From positions 292,144,001 through 292,208,000 of the forward strand of contig OZ024743.1 in the NCBI GenBank assembly GCA_964016885.1: a stretch of DNA of 64,000 nucleotides. Direction: 5' to 3'. The stretch comes from Eledone cirrhosa. Lineage: Eukaryota. Position numbers and translations under genes: made by a program. Shown piece after piece: positions 1 through 19,649 of the stretch (within the stretch, counting starts at the first letter, position 1; each line of letters begins with the position of its first letter). Below the pieces are notes generated by a model, which saw nothing but the letters and a program-made list of their open reading frames with translations, had not been told where the DNA came from and searched no databases.

Positions 1-306
1 GTGGGAAAGTAATAAATCGGAGAATAGACCGTTAAAACATGTTTATTTAAAACAGCATCTACGTACGTTTCGCCCAGTTGGGCTTCGCAAGGGCATAAAT
101 AACCAAAAGTTACTTTCCCACGTGCTTACGCTCTGCTAACTCTCTAGCCCATTAAATATTAACACTTCGAATATTTAATACTGCCGGCACTAGTATCGAG
201 CACCTTTGGCATACGCTACTTGACAAATAACAATGTGTATCACCTATCCTCCCTTTTTTTTCTCTCTCTCTTGATACGTAAATACTATATATATATATAT
301 ATATAT

Positions 307-987
307 AAGTAAGTTAATTTTATAATTTTCTTATCTTACGTCTCTTATATTATTGTTCTGCAACCCCATGCATTGAACCACAATGTTATTAAGACAAAAC
401 CTATATATTTGCTGGCATCGATATGCATTTGTATGTATATATATGTTACTAGATATAAATTCTTTATTATTATCTCCAAAATATTTGTCGAGCAATACTG
501 GCCATGACTGCTGCTACGGTAGCAGGCTAGCCGCTGTCTTATTAACAACCCACTTTCCACCGATTGACCTCGATGTCACGTGTTCGATTCTTTTTGAATT
601 TGCCACAGACACAGAGGCAGTGATTTTCTCAATAGCTAGGAAGTAAGTCCACGCTTTGCTATTTCCTATTCACTGATTTATTTTTAATAAGCTTCCAGTG
701 TCCTCGCTTTGCCTGGAACTTATATGAGAATTGACTTTCCTGATGACGGGATGTTTCTCCACACCTTCTTCGGAAGATGTATCTACTCCATTCCAGAAAC
801 TAATTAGTTGGAAGTGATATTTTAGAAAGTAAGTTAATTTGATAATTTTCTTATCTTACGTCTCTTATATTATTGTTCTGCAACCCCATGCATTGAACCA
901 CAATGTTATTAAGACAAAACCTATATATTTGCTGGCATCGATATGCATTTGTATGTATATATATGTTACTAGATATAAATTCTTTAT

Positions 988-990
<3 letters not shown>
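307..990 (+). mobile_element. ~520-bp HHR-containing non-coding unit plus ~160-bp terminal direct repeat (retrozyme/PLE pLTR-like)
   Basis: AAGTAAGTTAATTT... starts at 307 and again at 827. The second copy is near-identical to ~990. Flanked by (TA)n. Contains a hammerhead at 734-815. Confidence 0.75.
734..815 (+). ncRNA. type I hammerhead ribozyme
   Basis: actttc-CTGATGA-(long stem II)-GAAAC-taatta-GTT-ggaagt. Stem I pairs and stem III is palindromic (AACTAATTAGTT). Inverted homologue at 5910-5994 has core CTGACGA. Confidence 0.7.
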
Positions 991-1025
<35 letters not shown>

Positions 1026-1099
1026 AGGTCCAAACACAAGGGAGACAAACTCACACTCTCACTGCCTCCATCTCTCCGGCTCTCGGCATCTCTCACTAT

Positions 1100-1460
1100 T
1101 ATAAGTGAATGTGAGCCCACGTGCTGGCCACTCCGCGGCCCCGATGGACAGAATAAAGTAGGCGTTTACCCGGAAGTAGTTCACGGAGACGCACTGGAAG
1201 AGTCATTCCAGGTCGCGAGGCTTACACTGGCGGGAAGCCAGCTCCAGGTCGACGGTGGTAAGTAGGGAGGTGGTCCTTGGGTCAATGACACCAGAAATAT
1301 CCACCGCCACGGGCTCAAACGTAGAACAAACCATATTTGGAGAGTTTACCTGCCTCAGCCCGAAGTGCAGCGGAGCCTAGTTTAGTCGCAGAATGCACCA
1401 GCTTGCCACTGGAGAAAGCGTCGCTACATGTGTCATCCAAGATGGGGTGTTTACCACTGT
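1100..1460 (-). pseudogene. 3' fragment of CRE-like non-LTR retrotransposon (restriction-like endonuclease region)
   Basis: Hand translation of the minus strand gives SGKHPILDDTCSDAF...AALRAEAGKLSKY, then a frameshift to FEPVAVDISGVIDPRT...LE*LFQCVSVNYFRVNA. This resembles the CRE-clade C-terminus (WDATCxDT...FxPVAVET.G...LFQRLSxAxQRGNA). Confidence 0.65.
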
Positions 1461-1850
1461 ACATATATGCATATATATACATATGGCAGAACGGAATCCC
1501 TGTTGATGAAATGAATCCACTATTCGATCATGGAATACCACGAGCATGCCAGTTACGTAAGTTGGATAACTAATTTCGGATTTCATAGAAACACTTTAAA
1601 CGCATGTCGTTTGATTTTTCCAGGTGTATCTTTTTAACCTGTTAGTTCTTTCGTTACTTTGGTATTGCCTACCGCAATGTTGAATTTGTCAAGTTATTTA
1701 AACGTATGTTATTACTCTCAGGACCCTACCCTTATTGAATGCTTTGCTAACTCATTCCTATTGTAGGTCGACTTTGCTTTCCCACAGCCAAAGCTTCGAT
1801 TTTACTCAGCTTCCACTTGTATATATATATATTTATATATATATATGTAT

Positions 1851-6477
<4,627 letters not shown>

Positions 6478-8083
6478 GAGCGGAACAAGCAAATATTAAA
6501 CAATCTTTTAAATAAATTAAATTACGATTTAAATATTTACCTCTTCTTGTGCTATGACCGGCGGTTTCGCTTATCAAAAGATTGGAAATTCATTAATGTA
6601 TATATTTTTTATTATTTTATTATTTATTATTTTATTAATGTATTTTTATCAATGTATTCTATCTTTATATTTGTATTTTATCTTTCTATTTTTTGTAACT
6701 TTTCCTCCCTCAGGTCATTATGCACCTTTCATAGCCCCGTACCCACCTAAGAACCCCATTACTTATAACTCGGACTAACTGGGACTTTAAAATAATTTTG
6801 GTCTATTTGCACTTTTCATTGGGTTGTTACCTTCGACTTGTGTGTTGGCTTTTTTCCGGCTGCGCGCTGGGCACTCGGAAAGTTCAGCCTTCCTTGAGTG
6901 CTCGGAAAAATAAATTTCTCCTCTTTCGGTAAACGAAATTACTCGGAGCGACTGGGTTTGCCCCGATCCCACCGCGCCGCCTGTTTTGACCGCCACATTA
7001 TACTTGTACCTACAAACTCCAGGTTTAAGCATCACTATTAGCTGTATCATGCCTCGAACGGTACGTAAATAAACACTTCGTGTGGGATTTAATAGTATTC
7101 GTTTGGTATAGACGATGGCCTGTCGAAAATGTGGAGTTCCCGCTAGCGATCCCGAAGCCTAAGGTAGCTACGTTCCTAGAGTACTCGGAAAAATTAATTT
7201 CCATTTCTTTCGCTGGACGATACCACTCGAGACTGGCTGACTCAGGGGGGGGGGGGGGGAGAGGTGCTGGCTGGGACTCCCAATCGAAATCTTTACTCTA
7301 TATCCCATCCTAATATCTTATCGAGATAATTTTTTTCATATAAGACTCTCTCCGTAAGTTCATTAAATAAATACATCTTGCTACTTTAATCCTTAATTCT
7401 CTAATAATTTATTTTTCAATTTATCATTTTGCAATTTAATATTTTTAATTCAATTTAATTTCATCCTATAACTCGCAACATAAGTTTAACGTTCCAATCT
7501 TCGGTTCACACATTAGACCATGCAGACACTCTGGGGTAGGATTTTTTCGCGGCATTTTCTAGCATGAATGTAGTATGACCCTTTATACTACTCTTCTTTC
7601 TCCCTTTCTTTCTTTCTTCCCCTTCTTCTTTGACGGAGTGGTGGTAGTGCATTATAAGCCTTCGCCCCCTCACCAGATACTCATTAGTAGCTTCAGTTGC
7701 CAACAATTTGAGGGCAACTGGCCGAGAAGCTAGTTGGTCAGTCGTCCTCTCTGTCTCTGTCTCTGATTTTTCGGACCCATGGTTATTTACATATTTCTTT
7801 GTTATATTCCAATACCTGCTGATATCACCGAATTCATATGGAACCCGTTCATTGAAATGATCATAGTATAATAAACCTTTCAAGGATTTACACCAGTCCA
7901 GCCTCCTGTTATTTTATTTCATTTATAATTAACTCTGTATTCGCACCACCAACAACACAAACGAAGGTGGGTGAACTGCACTACGTTGAGTACTCTTCAC
8001 AATATTACACCAGGATTGACCATACGGAATGACCAGTTCTATCCAGTGGTGAACCAACACACCTAAAAATAAAAAATAAAAAA

Positions 8084-8130
<47 letters not shown>

Positions 8131-8241
8131 GATAAATCGTAAAATGATGAATTTCTCAATATAAGGAACCTGTTCATTGTTTTTATTTCATAGTTTGTAT
8201 TCATTTATATATGCATATATATATATATGTATATTTATATA

Positions 8242-8307
<66 letters not shown>

Positions 8308-8503
8308 TGTGTGTATGTTTGTGTGCGAATGAGTGAGTGTGTGTATCGCTCTATCCACTCTTCGTTTATTCTTTCTCTTTTCTAAATCTATTGTTTTGAT
8401 TTCCACTATTTTTGCCAATCTTTGCTCAAGTGAATTTATCCCGTAATGCTCTACTGCTTCCCTTCAATTCCAGTCCATATTTTCTATCAGGCTGTCTCCA
8501 AAG

Positions 8504-8570
<67 letters not shown>

Positions 8571-8714
8571 GCACACACACACACATACACACACACGCAC
8601 ACACACACACACACACACATACACACACACACACACACACGCACACGCACACACACACACACACACACATACACAGACACACAGACACACACAAATATAT
8701 ATACATATACTTAA

Positions 8715-8765
<51 letters not shown>

Positions 8766-9745
8766 GGGGATGCGGTATGGGTGTCTGGTTGAGAGAAACA
8801 AAGAAAGTGATAGAAAGAAGGCGGGTATATATCCTTATGAGACGCTATATATATTCTAATATTTTCCCAAGATATATCTATCAATGTCTATTTCTAGCTG
8901 TTTCTCAAGATTTTATATGTTTTCATAACAACGTTGGCTCTAACTAATATACACATGTATGTGTGTGTGCATACACAAGCGTAAACATGTGTATAAGCAG
9001 TGTGATTCTGTATGGTAGGGAGATAGAGATACACGTGGACAAAGTTATGTGTTAATATTTAATATCCACATACACACTCTGTCCTACATACATACACATG
9101 CACTACTTCAGCCATACACAGCCACCACCACGCACACATGCATAAACCCCAAACAGACACGCATGTACAAGTGCCTAAGAAATCGTAATTATATGTTCTT
9201 TTTTATCAATTTTATTTATCCAACCGCATATACTCACTCAGACTCACATATTCGCCATATTGTGATTGATTATTCGTTCCTGATTAAAGAATTGATTAAT
9301 TCGTGTTCTATTTTTGACATTAAGGAGGAAAATAACACAAATAAATAAAGATGAATACCAACAATATTTGACTGTGCTTCGAGAATATATATGTTATTCA
9401 TAAGTATTATATATATATGTATACCTTCATCCGCCACTCATTTACACATACACAAACACACACTCTTTCTTTTCATTTCTGGAATAATATAAGACGATTT
9501 AATATGATGCACGAAGAAAAGCACATATTCATTATATATATATATATATATATATATATGAACCTAATAACAACAATGTTTATACTGCACACTCCGTCAT
9601 TGTTTTTTTTTGTTTTGGTTTTAACATATATATATATATATAATATACATATATATAATACACATATATATAATATATATATATATGTGTGTGTGTTTGT
9701 GCGAGTGTGGGTGGGGGGCGTATGTATATATATATATATATTATA

Positions 9746-9937
9746 AAGGGGGGTGAATTGGCAGTATCGGTAGAGGGCCGGATGCCTTACTTTGACGCAT
9801 AGAGTTAGGGCCCTTGCAATTCTGAGTTCAAATATTGCCGAGGTTACCTTTGCCTTTCATTCTTACGGGGTCGATAAAATAAAGTACCAGTAATGTACTG
9901 GGTATTTTCTGGCCTTGTGCCAATAGTAGAAACAATT
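9746..9937 (+). mobile_element. tRNA-derived SINE (cephalopod-type)
   Basis: A-box-like TGGCAGTATCGGTAG, B-box-like GAGTTCAAAT, core GGGGTCGATAAAATAAAGTACCAGT. Homologous to 13621-13800 and 27595-27760. Confidence 0.7.
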
Positions 9938-9980
9938 ATATATATATATATATATTATACATATATGTGTATTTATATAG

Positions 9981-10025
<45 letters not shown>

Positions 10026-10027
10026 TA

Positions 10028-12154
10028 GTTTCGTTGACAAGTATATCAATGTGCCCAGACACGAAGATGTATTGCCTTTGGTATGACAGAATGGTTTTAG
10101 TTCAATGTAGGATAACTAGTGTACTACAGAGCCGTTATAATTTTAGGAATAACCAAAGAGTGCTTAGAAATACAATGATTTATTAGCTAACAGTGTTTCA
10201 TCCATACACTATGGCAGGAATGATCAGAGCTTATAAACAAGAGTATATCAATAGTTGCATGCCCCATCAAGCTGCGTTTCCAGAAAAAGGTTAAAGGACC
10301 AGCAAGGGGTCCCGAGGCCAGCGCTATATAGAAACAGACACAATACATGACGCACATAAAATGACATAAAAAATTACATTAAAAATGACATCAAAAATGT
10401 ATCACATAAATCGTGAAATAGATGATAAGGAGGTTGTGAGAGGGTAGCAAGGAATGAGCGAAGGTGTTACTCAGCATGATCAAATACAATATAAAAAACA
10501 ATAAAAAAAAATATATATATAATATAGCAAAGCATAGATACATCAAAGGACAAGTAGTGCAAATACAGGGTGTACAGGCAGATTAAGAGAGATTGCAAGC
10601 ATGAGTCTGTGAGAATAATAGTTGGTTAGCGGTGGTGCAGCTTTACATGTATGATTGTCCATAGGAAGGATGGTGTACTCCAGTTATATCGCCTTGTAAC
10701 AGGTCGATTTTCTGTATCATATCCGTACCTACGAACCGCATCAAATGGTTCCAGTTCCGAGCGTTAGGCGAGATAATACTATCTTTCCAAAACATGTACC
10801 CAGAGGAACACCGAAAAACTAAAATAAAATAAAGTACGATGAATTGAAGAAAGGTAGGGTATATGTACAGCGGGCACACCAGTGAGGACATTGAAAATAC
10901 GACAGGTCCGCAATAACTGGCATCCCCGAAAGTCCTCCCGTTCGGTCACTCAACCCAACGTCCCAAGTGAAATTCACTGTATGGCCGAGTCGGCATCGAA
11001 CCAAAGAGTCATACCGTATACAATTATACCACAGTAAATGTAAATCGTGATGGCTATCCCGTCACATAGAGAGAAAGTGTATATAGAAAACTCCGCTTCC
11101 AGAATTACCTATGGCAGAGTGAAGGAAAAGCAGACATTGTTACAATAATAAGCGGGCTTATTAGAATGAATGCAAATTTCTGTAGAATATATAGAAAACT
11201 CACGGCTAAAACTGTCAATGTTATTTATATGTCCGCCACGTGGTTTTCGTATAGATTACTGAATCCGGACGTTGTAATCTATTCACAGTTGGGTGTGTCC
11301 CCTCCTGGGTCGGCCGGAGGTCAATATCTACTGTCGCACATTGCCTTGAGCAACATGAGGACTTTGGGGGTGGCAGTTATTGAGGACCTGTGGTATTTTC
11401 AATGTCCTCACTGGTGTGCCCGCTGTACATATACCCTACCTTTCTTCAATTCATCGTACTTTATTTTATTTTAGTTTTTAGGTGTTCCTCTGTGTACATG
11501 TTTTGGAAAGATAGTATTATCTCGCCTAACGCTCGGAACTGGAACCAATTGATGTGGTTCGTAGGTACGGATATGATACGGAGAATCGACCTGTTACAAG
11601 GCGATATAACTGGAGTGCACCATCCTTCCTATGGACAATCATACATGTAAAGCTGCACCACCGCTAACCAACTATTATTCTCACAGACTCATGTCTGCAA
11701 GCTCTCTTAATCTGCCTGTACACCCTGTATTTGCACTGCTTGTCCTTTGATGTATCTACGCTTTGCATTTTTTTTGTTTTTTTTTGTTTTTTATTGTTTT
11801 TTTTTATTGTTTTTGATCATGCAGGGTAACACCTTCACTCATTCCTTGCTACCCTCTCACAACCTCCGTATCATCTATTTCACGATTTATGTGATAAATA
11901 TTTCAGGTAATTTTTAAGGTAATTTTTTATGTCATTTGATGACATATTGTGTCTTTTTCTATATAGCGCTGGCCTCGGGACCCCCTGCTGGTCCTTTAAC
12001 CTTGTTCTGGTGACGCAGCTTGATATGGCATGCAACTATTGATATACTCTTGTTTATAGGCTCTGATGATTCCTGCCATAGGGTATGGATGAAACACTGT
12101 TAGCTAATAAAACAATGTATTTCTAAGCACTCTTTGATCATTCCTAAAATTATA
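10028..12154. mobile_element. fold-back element: ~800-bp inverted arms (10136-10937 / 11357-12154), 419-bp spacer, ~110-bp extra tail on left
   Basis: Arms are reverse complements (mirrored ORFs 10643-10891 and 11390-11650). HHR near the outer end of each arm. TA-rich flanks. Confidence 0.85.
12052..12113 (+). ncRNA. type I hammerhead ribozyme
   Basis: ggct-CTGATGA-ttcctgccatagggtatggat-GAAAC-act-GTT-agct. Stem I extends (gtttat/ataaaac). Mirrored near 10180-10235. Confidence 0.7.
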
Positions 12155-12304
12155 TATATAAATAGATAAATCTACACGGGTGTGTATGATTGTGTATAGA
12201 AGATTATATTAACAAAAGGAATTCCAACTATGTCTGATTTCCTCCTTTTATTTACAGTCCTTTAAAATTATAATGATATAATGAAATAGTATGGTAGAAT
12301 ATTA

Positions 12305-12505
12305 AATGTTAAGTGTTAATTGAACAAGTACGTTCATGCTTTCGCAATCTTCAGGTTCAAATTCAGTGGTGACAGTCAAGTTTGCAATTTTCCACTGTAA
12401 TGAGATGGGTAAATGTTAAGTGTTAATTGAACAAGTACTTTCTTGCTTTCGTAATCTTCAGGTTCATATTCAGTGGTGACAGTCAACTGTAATGAGATGG
12501 GTAAA
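12305..12505 (-). repeat. 107-bp tandem repeat, each unit carrying a minimal hammerhead (12320-12360, 12427-12466)
   Basis: Minus strand reads ttgaac-CTGAAGA-ttgc-GAAAG-catgaacgta-CTT-gttcaa, and a near-identical second copy. Confidence 0.7.
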
Positions 12506-12561
12506 TTATGTGCCTTATATACAGTAAAAAGGGGCTACAGAATGCTAAGTTTGACTGTCAC

Positions 12562-12956
12562 CTTTATGTTAGCAATATTAAGTTCTTTAATATATATATA
12601 TATTAAAATACAAATATTAATAAAATAGATGTTCTTTTGATCAATTAAATTGTATTATACGTATTTCAGAGGTACAACAGTACGTCCTCATCGGATAAAA
12701 TATAATGATACATGACAAACCCTGAGATGTTAAATGGTTAAGTTTTAATCAAGATAGTGATTACCTTGATTAAATCTTAACCATTTAACATCTCGGGGTA
12801 TGTCATGTATCATTATATTTTGTCTGATGAGGGCGTACTGTTGTACCTCTGAAATATGTATAATAAAATTTAATTGATCAAAAGAACATCTATTTTATTA
12901 ATATTTGTATTTTAATATATATATATATTAAAGAACTTAATATTGCTAACATAAAG
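12562..12956. mobile_element. 395-bp palindromic (fold-back) HHR element
   Basis: Arms are reverse complements around a ~10-nt loop near 12760. Right-arm HHR at 12817-12869: attttgt-CTGATGA-gggcgtactgttgtacctct-GAAAT-atgt-ATA-ataaaat. Confidence 0.85.
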
Positions 12957-12991
12957 TTATTGGACCATTTTACATAACCAATAATGCACCT

Positions 12992-13060
<69 letters not shown>

Positions 13061-13620
13061 TATATGTATAATATATATATATAATATATATACACACATA
13101 TATATATATATATATATTGGAAAATGTGAAATACTTGGTTCAATTAGGTATATTTAAAAAAAGGAAAAGAATGACTTCACTTGTTCTAAAATATTTAAGT
13201 TAATTGTATGATATTATAATTTAACAATTTGGTTTTGTAGATCTAGTAAGTTCTTTGTTAAATTTGGTGGGGAGATTTTTAAAGATTCCTGGAGAACTTT
13301 CTCGCATTCGTCGGTGTCGATTGTCAAACTGATCTCAGATTGTGTCGTGATATGTGACTCTCTATAAATAAGAAATGTGGGTGTGTCAGGCGGAGGGGTT
13401 GTTAATGCGTGTCGGAGTGAAGTAGTGTTGACGAAGATTTAAAAGAATTAAAGCATATACATATATATATATACATACAGAAAATAGTGAATGGTAACAG
13501 CACGATAATTGATTATAAGTGGATTTGGGCGGTGTTGGGGTGTTTAAGGAGTGTTTTAGAAAGGGGTTGTAAAAGTGCCCTCCTGTTTGTTCCATTTCAA
13601 TAAGTGACCTTTGATGAATA

Positions 13621-13800
13621 TAATTGTTACTACTTTTGGCACAAGGCCAACAATTATCTCAGTGCATTATTGGTACATTATTTTATCGACCCCGTAACGA
13701 TGAAAGACACAGTTAACCTCGGCCGGATTTGAACTCAAACCGTAAAGGGACGTAACTCTATGCTGGAAAGCTTGTTGCCTATCTCTCTACCGATACTGCC
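13621..13800 (-). mobile_element. tRNA-derived SINE
   Basis: Reverse-complement homologue of 9746-9937 (TTTTATCGACCCC, GATTTGAACTC). Confidence 0.7.
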
Positions 13801-15433
13801 AATCCAATATACCTTCGATGAATATAATGGCAGGATGTTTTTTCAAATTCTTTTCTTTTAGCTGAATCACCTATCTTAAATTTATAAAGAATAACTTCAA
13901 CATTTGTCGTTCTATAAAACAACAAATGTTCTATCATAAACATTGTTTTTGTCATATCGTAAATATTATATATACATGTTCTCAACATTATGGTATACTC
14001 TAATATATTTGCTTTTTTAAATCACATTGTTCTCTAACTTCATCTTTTATTTCCAATCTTTGTTTTTTTGTTGGGGGGGGGGGGGTTCTGCGTTTTATCA
14101 GCTGTGCATATTTTGGTGATAATATTTGCCTATTTTTTCTTTTATTTCTTTTTTGTTCAGTTTTATATTACAAAAAAATTGCTGTGGGTGAATCTTGATC
14201 TAATCGTTAAATCTCGTGTCGGATCTTACTTCATGAACTGTTTGGAACGCTTATTATGACCCATAACGTCGTGTCGGTTAATGCCTATCAGTGAAATCAT
14301 GCAAAGGAAGTTTGGCAGATGGTCTCTATCTGTAAATCCAGCCTTGTCACACACTGATTTGCTGAATCACACTAAGAATTACGTCAGGGGTACACGATGA
14401 CCGAGCAAATAGAACAGACTACATCGAACCTGACGAATTTCCATTCCACATTTTTCAATGCATTTGCAAGTGTATACCTTACTCGAGCCCTGATTTTCTC
14501 TCGTAATAGTTCTCTCAAATCGTCCCACGTGCCTTATTTAAACATGTTTACTTCTTATCTTCATCTCTTCATTGCATCATGGGAACATTTGTGTCTATAA
14601 ATTTGGGGTCTTATTGCTGCTGTTCCAGCTGACATAATATTCACTCCATAGCACCACACATAACTCCACCTTGTCACAGAACATCTATGCCCTCTTCCGG
14701 AATCTCTTCCTTTTACTTCATTCCATAGCCGTTAAATATACTTTAGCTTGATCTGCATCTTACACGTTTTATTTTTTCTCTTTTTTCATCTATTAATATT
14801 TATCCCACGCGTGTTTACGGTCCCTGAACTTTTTTTTACACACACACACGGAAAACATATACATACGCGCATATAAATGTATATCAACTAGAAATCGATT
14901 GACATATATATATATATAATAAATATATGAAACAATTACAGAGGATAATTTGTAAAGAGTATAATCACACACAGCTGGGTAGGTAACTAATTAAAATTAA
15001 ACGAAAACTTCAAATATAGATAGCTTTTTAAAATGAGTAATCTCCTTTGTATATATTTCATTAAATAAATATATTTCACCATCAATCGGTAAATCACAGT
15101 AGCCAAATCTGTATCGTCAACAAAGGAGAAGATCCACCCATCTGTCTTTACACAGCAAATGCAAATCTGTGAATGACTAGAAGCACGTGTTGCATTTTTT
15201 TTTGTATACACACATCGTACCAGCGTCATCGCAGTGTTGTGAATTGGATCTTTGAGGTTAGACATAGCAGCCAAGTCCTTTCAACTGAGTAAGCTCGATA
15301 ATTAAGGAGGTATATATAACCAAAATTAAATGAAGGTTGTCATGTCTGAGAAACATGCGCCAGAACCTCTGTAGACTATGCTCAAAGATACCAGTGAATA
15401 GATCGGAGCATTTATATCGACTAGAAATCGATT

Positions 15434-15601
<168 letters not shown>

Positions 15602-15876
15602 CAGAGAAGATTGTTTTGGTAAAAACGGGAGTAAGCAGGAGAAAGCTCTCAACAATCGTACTTTTTAGTTACGATGGAGTATTTTATAAAAATAACAAAA
15701 TAAGATGCTGAGGTATATCGATAAGATATATCGTTTAATCATTATAATTATTTCCACTGTTCTCCATGCAATTGAAATGTCGTTCATGCATTTGTTGTTA
15801 ATTATGAGAACGGTATACTCAGATTAATTCTCGATATGTTTGATATGTCGCTGGCAGGAAAGGACACACGTCCTAT

Positions 15877-17940
<2,064 letters not shown>

Positions 17941-18052
17941 TATAGATATATATACAATGATCGGAATTAAGAGTATTCGGCAGTTCACAGTAATAATAAT
18001 AATATTAGCTCAAAGAAGAATAGAGAATTTTCTTCTGAGCACTAATGCAAAT

Positions 18053-18249
18053 ATATTACACAAAGAGATGTGTGTAAAGAATTAGTACAAGTGAGTTTTA
18101 CCGTTACTGTATAGAGAACAATATCTACAGGTTTAGCAATTAAAAAGAAAAAAACAAAGTTTCTGAATTAGTCTCTATACAGTAACGGTAAAACTCACTT
18201 GTACTAATTCTTTACACACATCTCACTGTGTAACACACTTTTCTTTGTG

Positions 18250-18255
<6 letters not shown>
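18053..18255. repeat. short fold-back (54-bp perfect arms 18064-18117 / 18173-18226)
   Basis: GAGATGTGTGTAAAGAATTAGTACAAGTGAGTTTTACCGTTACTGTATAGAGA and its reverse complement. Ends in (TA)n. Confidence 0.8.
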
Positions 18256-18291
<36 letters not shown>

Positions 18292-18360
18292 AACATATGA
18301 AACAATCACGGGGGATAATTTCTTAGATATCCTTAATTAAATGTTGGTTATATATGTATG

Positions 18361-18412
<52 letters not shown>

Positions 18413-18423
18413 CGTGTGTGTGT

Positions 18424-18517
<94 letters not shown>

Positions 18518-19649
18518 AGAAATATGTGCAGGCTATTTTTTTATACATCACTACCTTGCCTTGCCTTGAAACATAAAATAAGCTAACCTGTAAGTTACCA
18601 TGCTGTACATAAAATCTTAATTACCCAGAATCCTGCACTGTCTCATCTCACTATACAATCGATTGGTTATTTAAATCTTTATACTAACTCACCAACGGAT
18701 TAGGGGATCACGAGGGCAGTCAAGGTTGCAATATGAATGTTCATAAATCAATCACGTATCTGCGCTCCCTTAAAGGTGACAGTGTGACACCAATGTAGGT
18801 AGGGACTGTGTATTCCAAACATGTTACCTGTTTAAACCGGTTTGACTGTTCAACAAACAATAAAGTGTTTCTGATGATCGGTAAAATGTTGGGTATATAT
18901 AAGCATCGGCCCTATTTCTTTGAGGGATATGTTCGTATAGAAGTGTTTGCGACCATAGGTTTGCTCATATATATCTATTATATAAATGTGAAATGGGCGA
19001 AATCTATTATATAAATGTGAAATCAGCGAAAATTGTCTGATACCGGCAAAAGGGTAGTACCAATGCTCTGATTGTCATGAAAATGTACACATTAATGTAA
19101 AAGGTGCCGAGGAAGCGACAGCTCTACTTGGGGTTCTCTAAATTGAAAAGTCTGGTCTCTAGGGCAAAAATGGTCTTTTTCTAGCTTATCTCTCTCCGTC
19201 GCTTTTCCCTCTCTCTATAATAGATTATTTCCCCTCTCTTCACTCCCTATATGACAACACTGCAGAGAGGGATAGGACGTTAGACAGAGAGAGATACAAT
19301 TAAAGTGTTAGATATTCAGAGAGAGAGTCAGACAGACAGGGGCCATCAAACTTTAGTTAACTTTCAGTAACGTGTTATATATCTTTGATCTGTCATCGCT
19401 GAAATAGCACACACACACACACACACACATGCACACGATACTTATATAAAGCTGAGCGTCGTTTGTGTGTGTATGTATGTATGTATCCTACACACCTCCT
19501 TATACTATTTAACCTAAAATACTTTCATATCCATCTCTTAATGAAGCATTTTCAATTCATTATACGTAAACAATGACATTAATTGTTCAATTTTAGCCTT
19601 GCATTTCACATTTAATGCCTTCCTTTTTTAATGCAACTTTTTATTGAAA

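Noticed and set aside
56-100. Hammerhead-like motifs at the window start (CTTGCGA...GAAAC-gtac-GTA, minus) and at 26214-26240
   Set aside because: The core is mutated or truncated and stem I is unsupported; probably decayed pLTR remnants.
345-646. Short ORFs repeated at 903-1265 and 6054-6385
   Set aside because: They recur only because the non-coding unit is repeated. Starts and stops differ between copies and there are no protein motifs.
10643-11650. Mirror-image 82/86-aa ORFs
   Set aside because: By-product of the inverted arms; no recognisable domain.
18693-18827. Minus-strand AG...GTGAGT exon-like interval
   Set aside because: Stop codons in all three frames.
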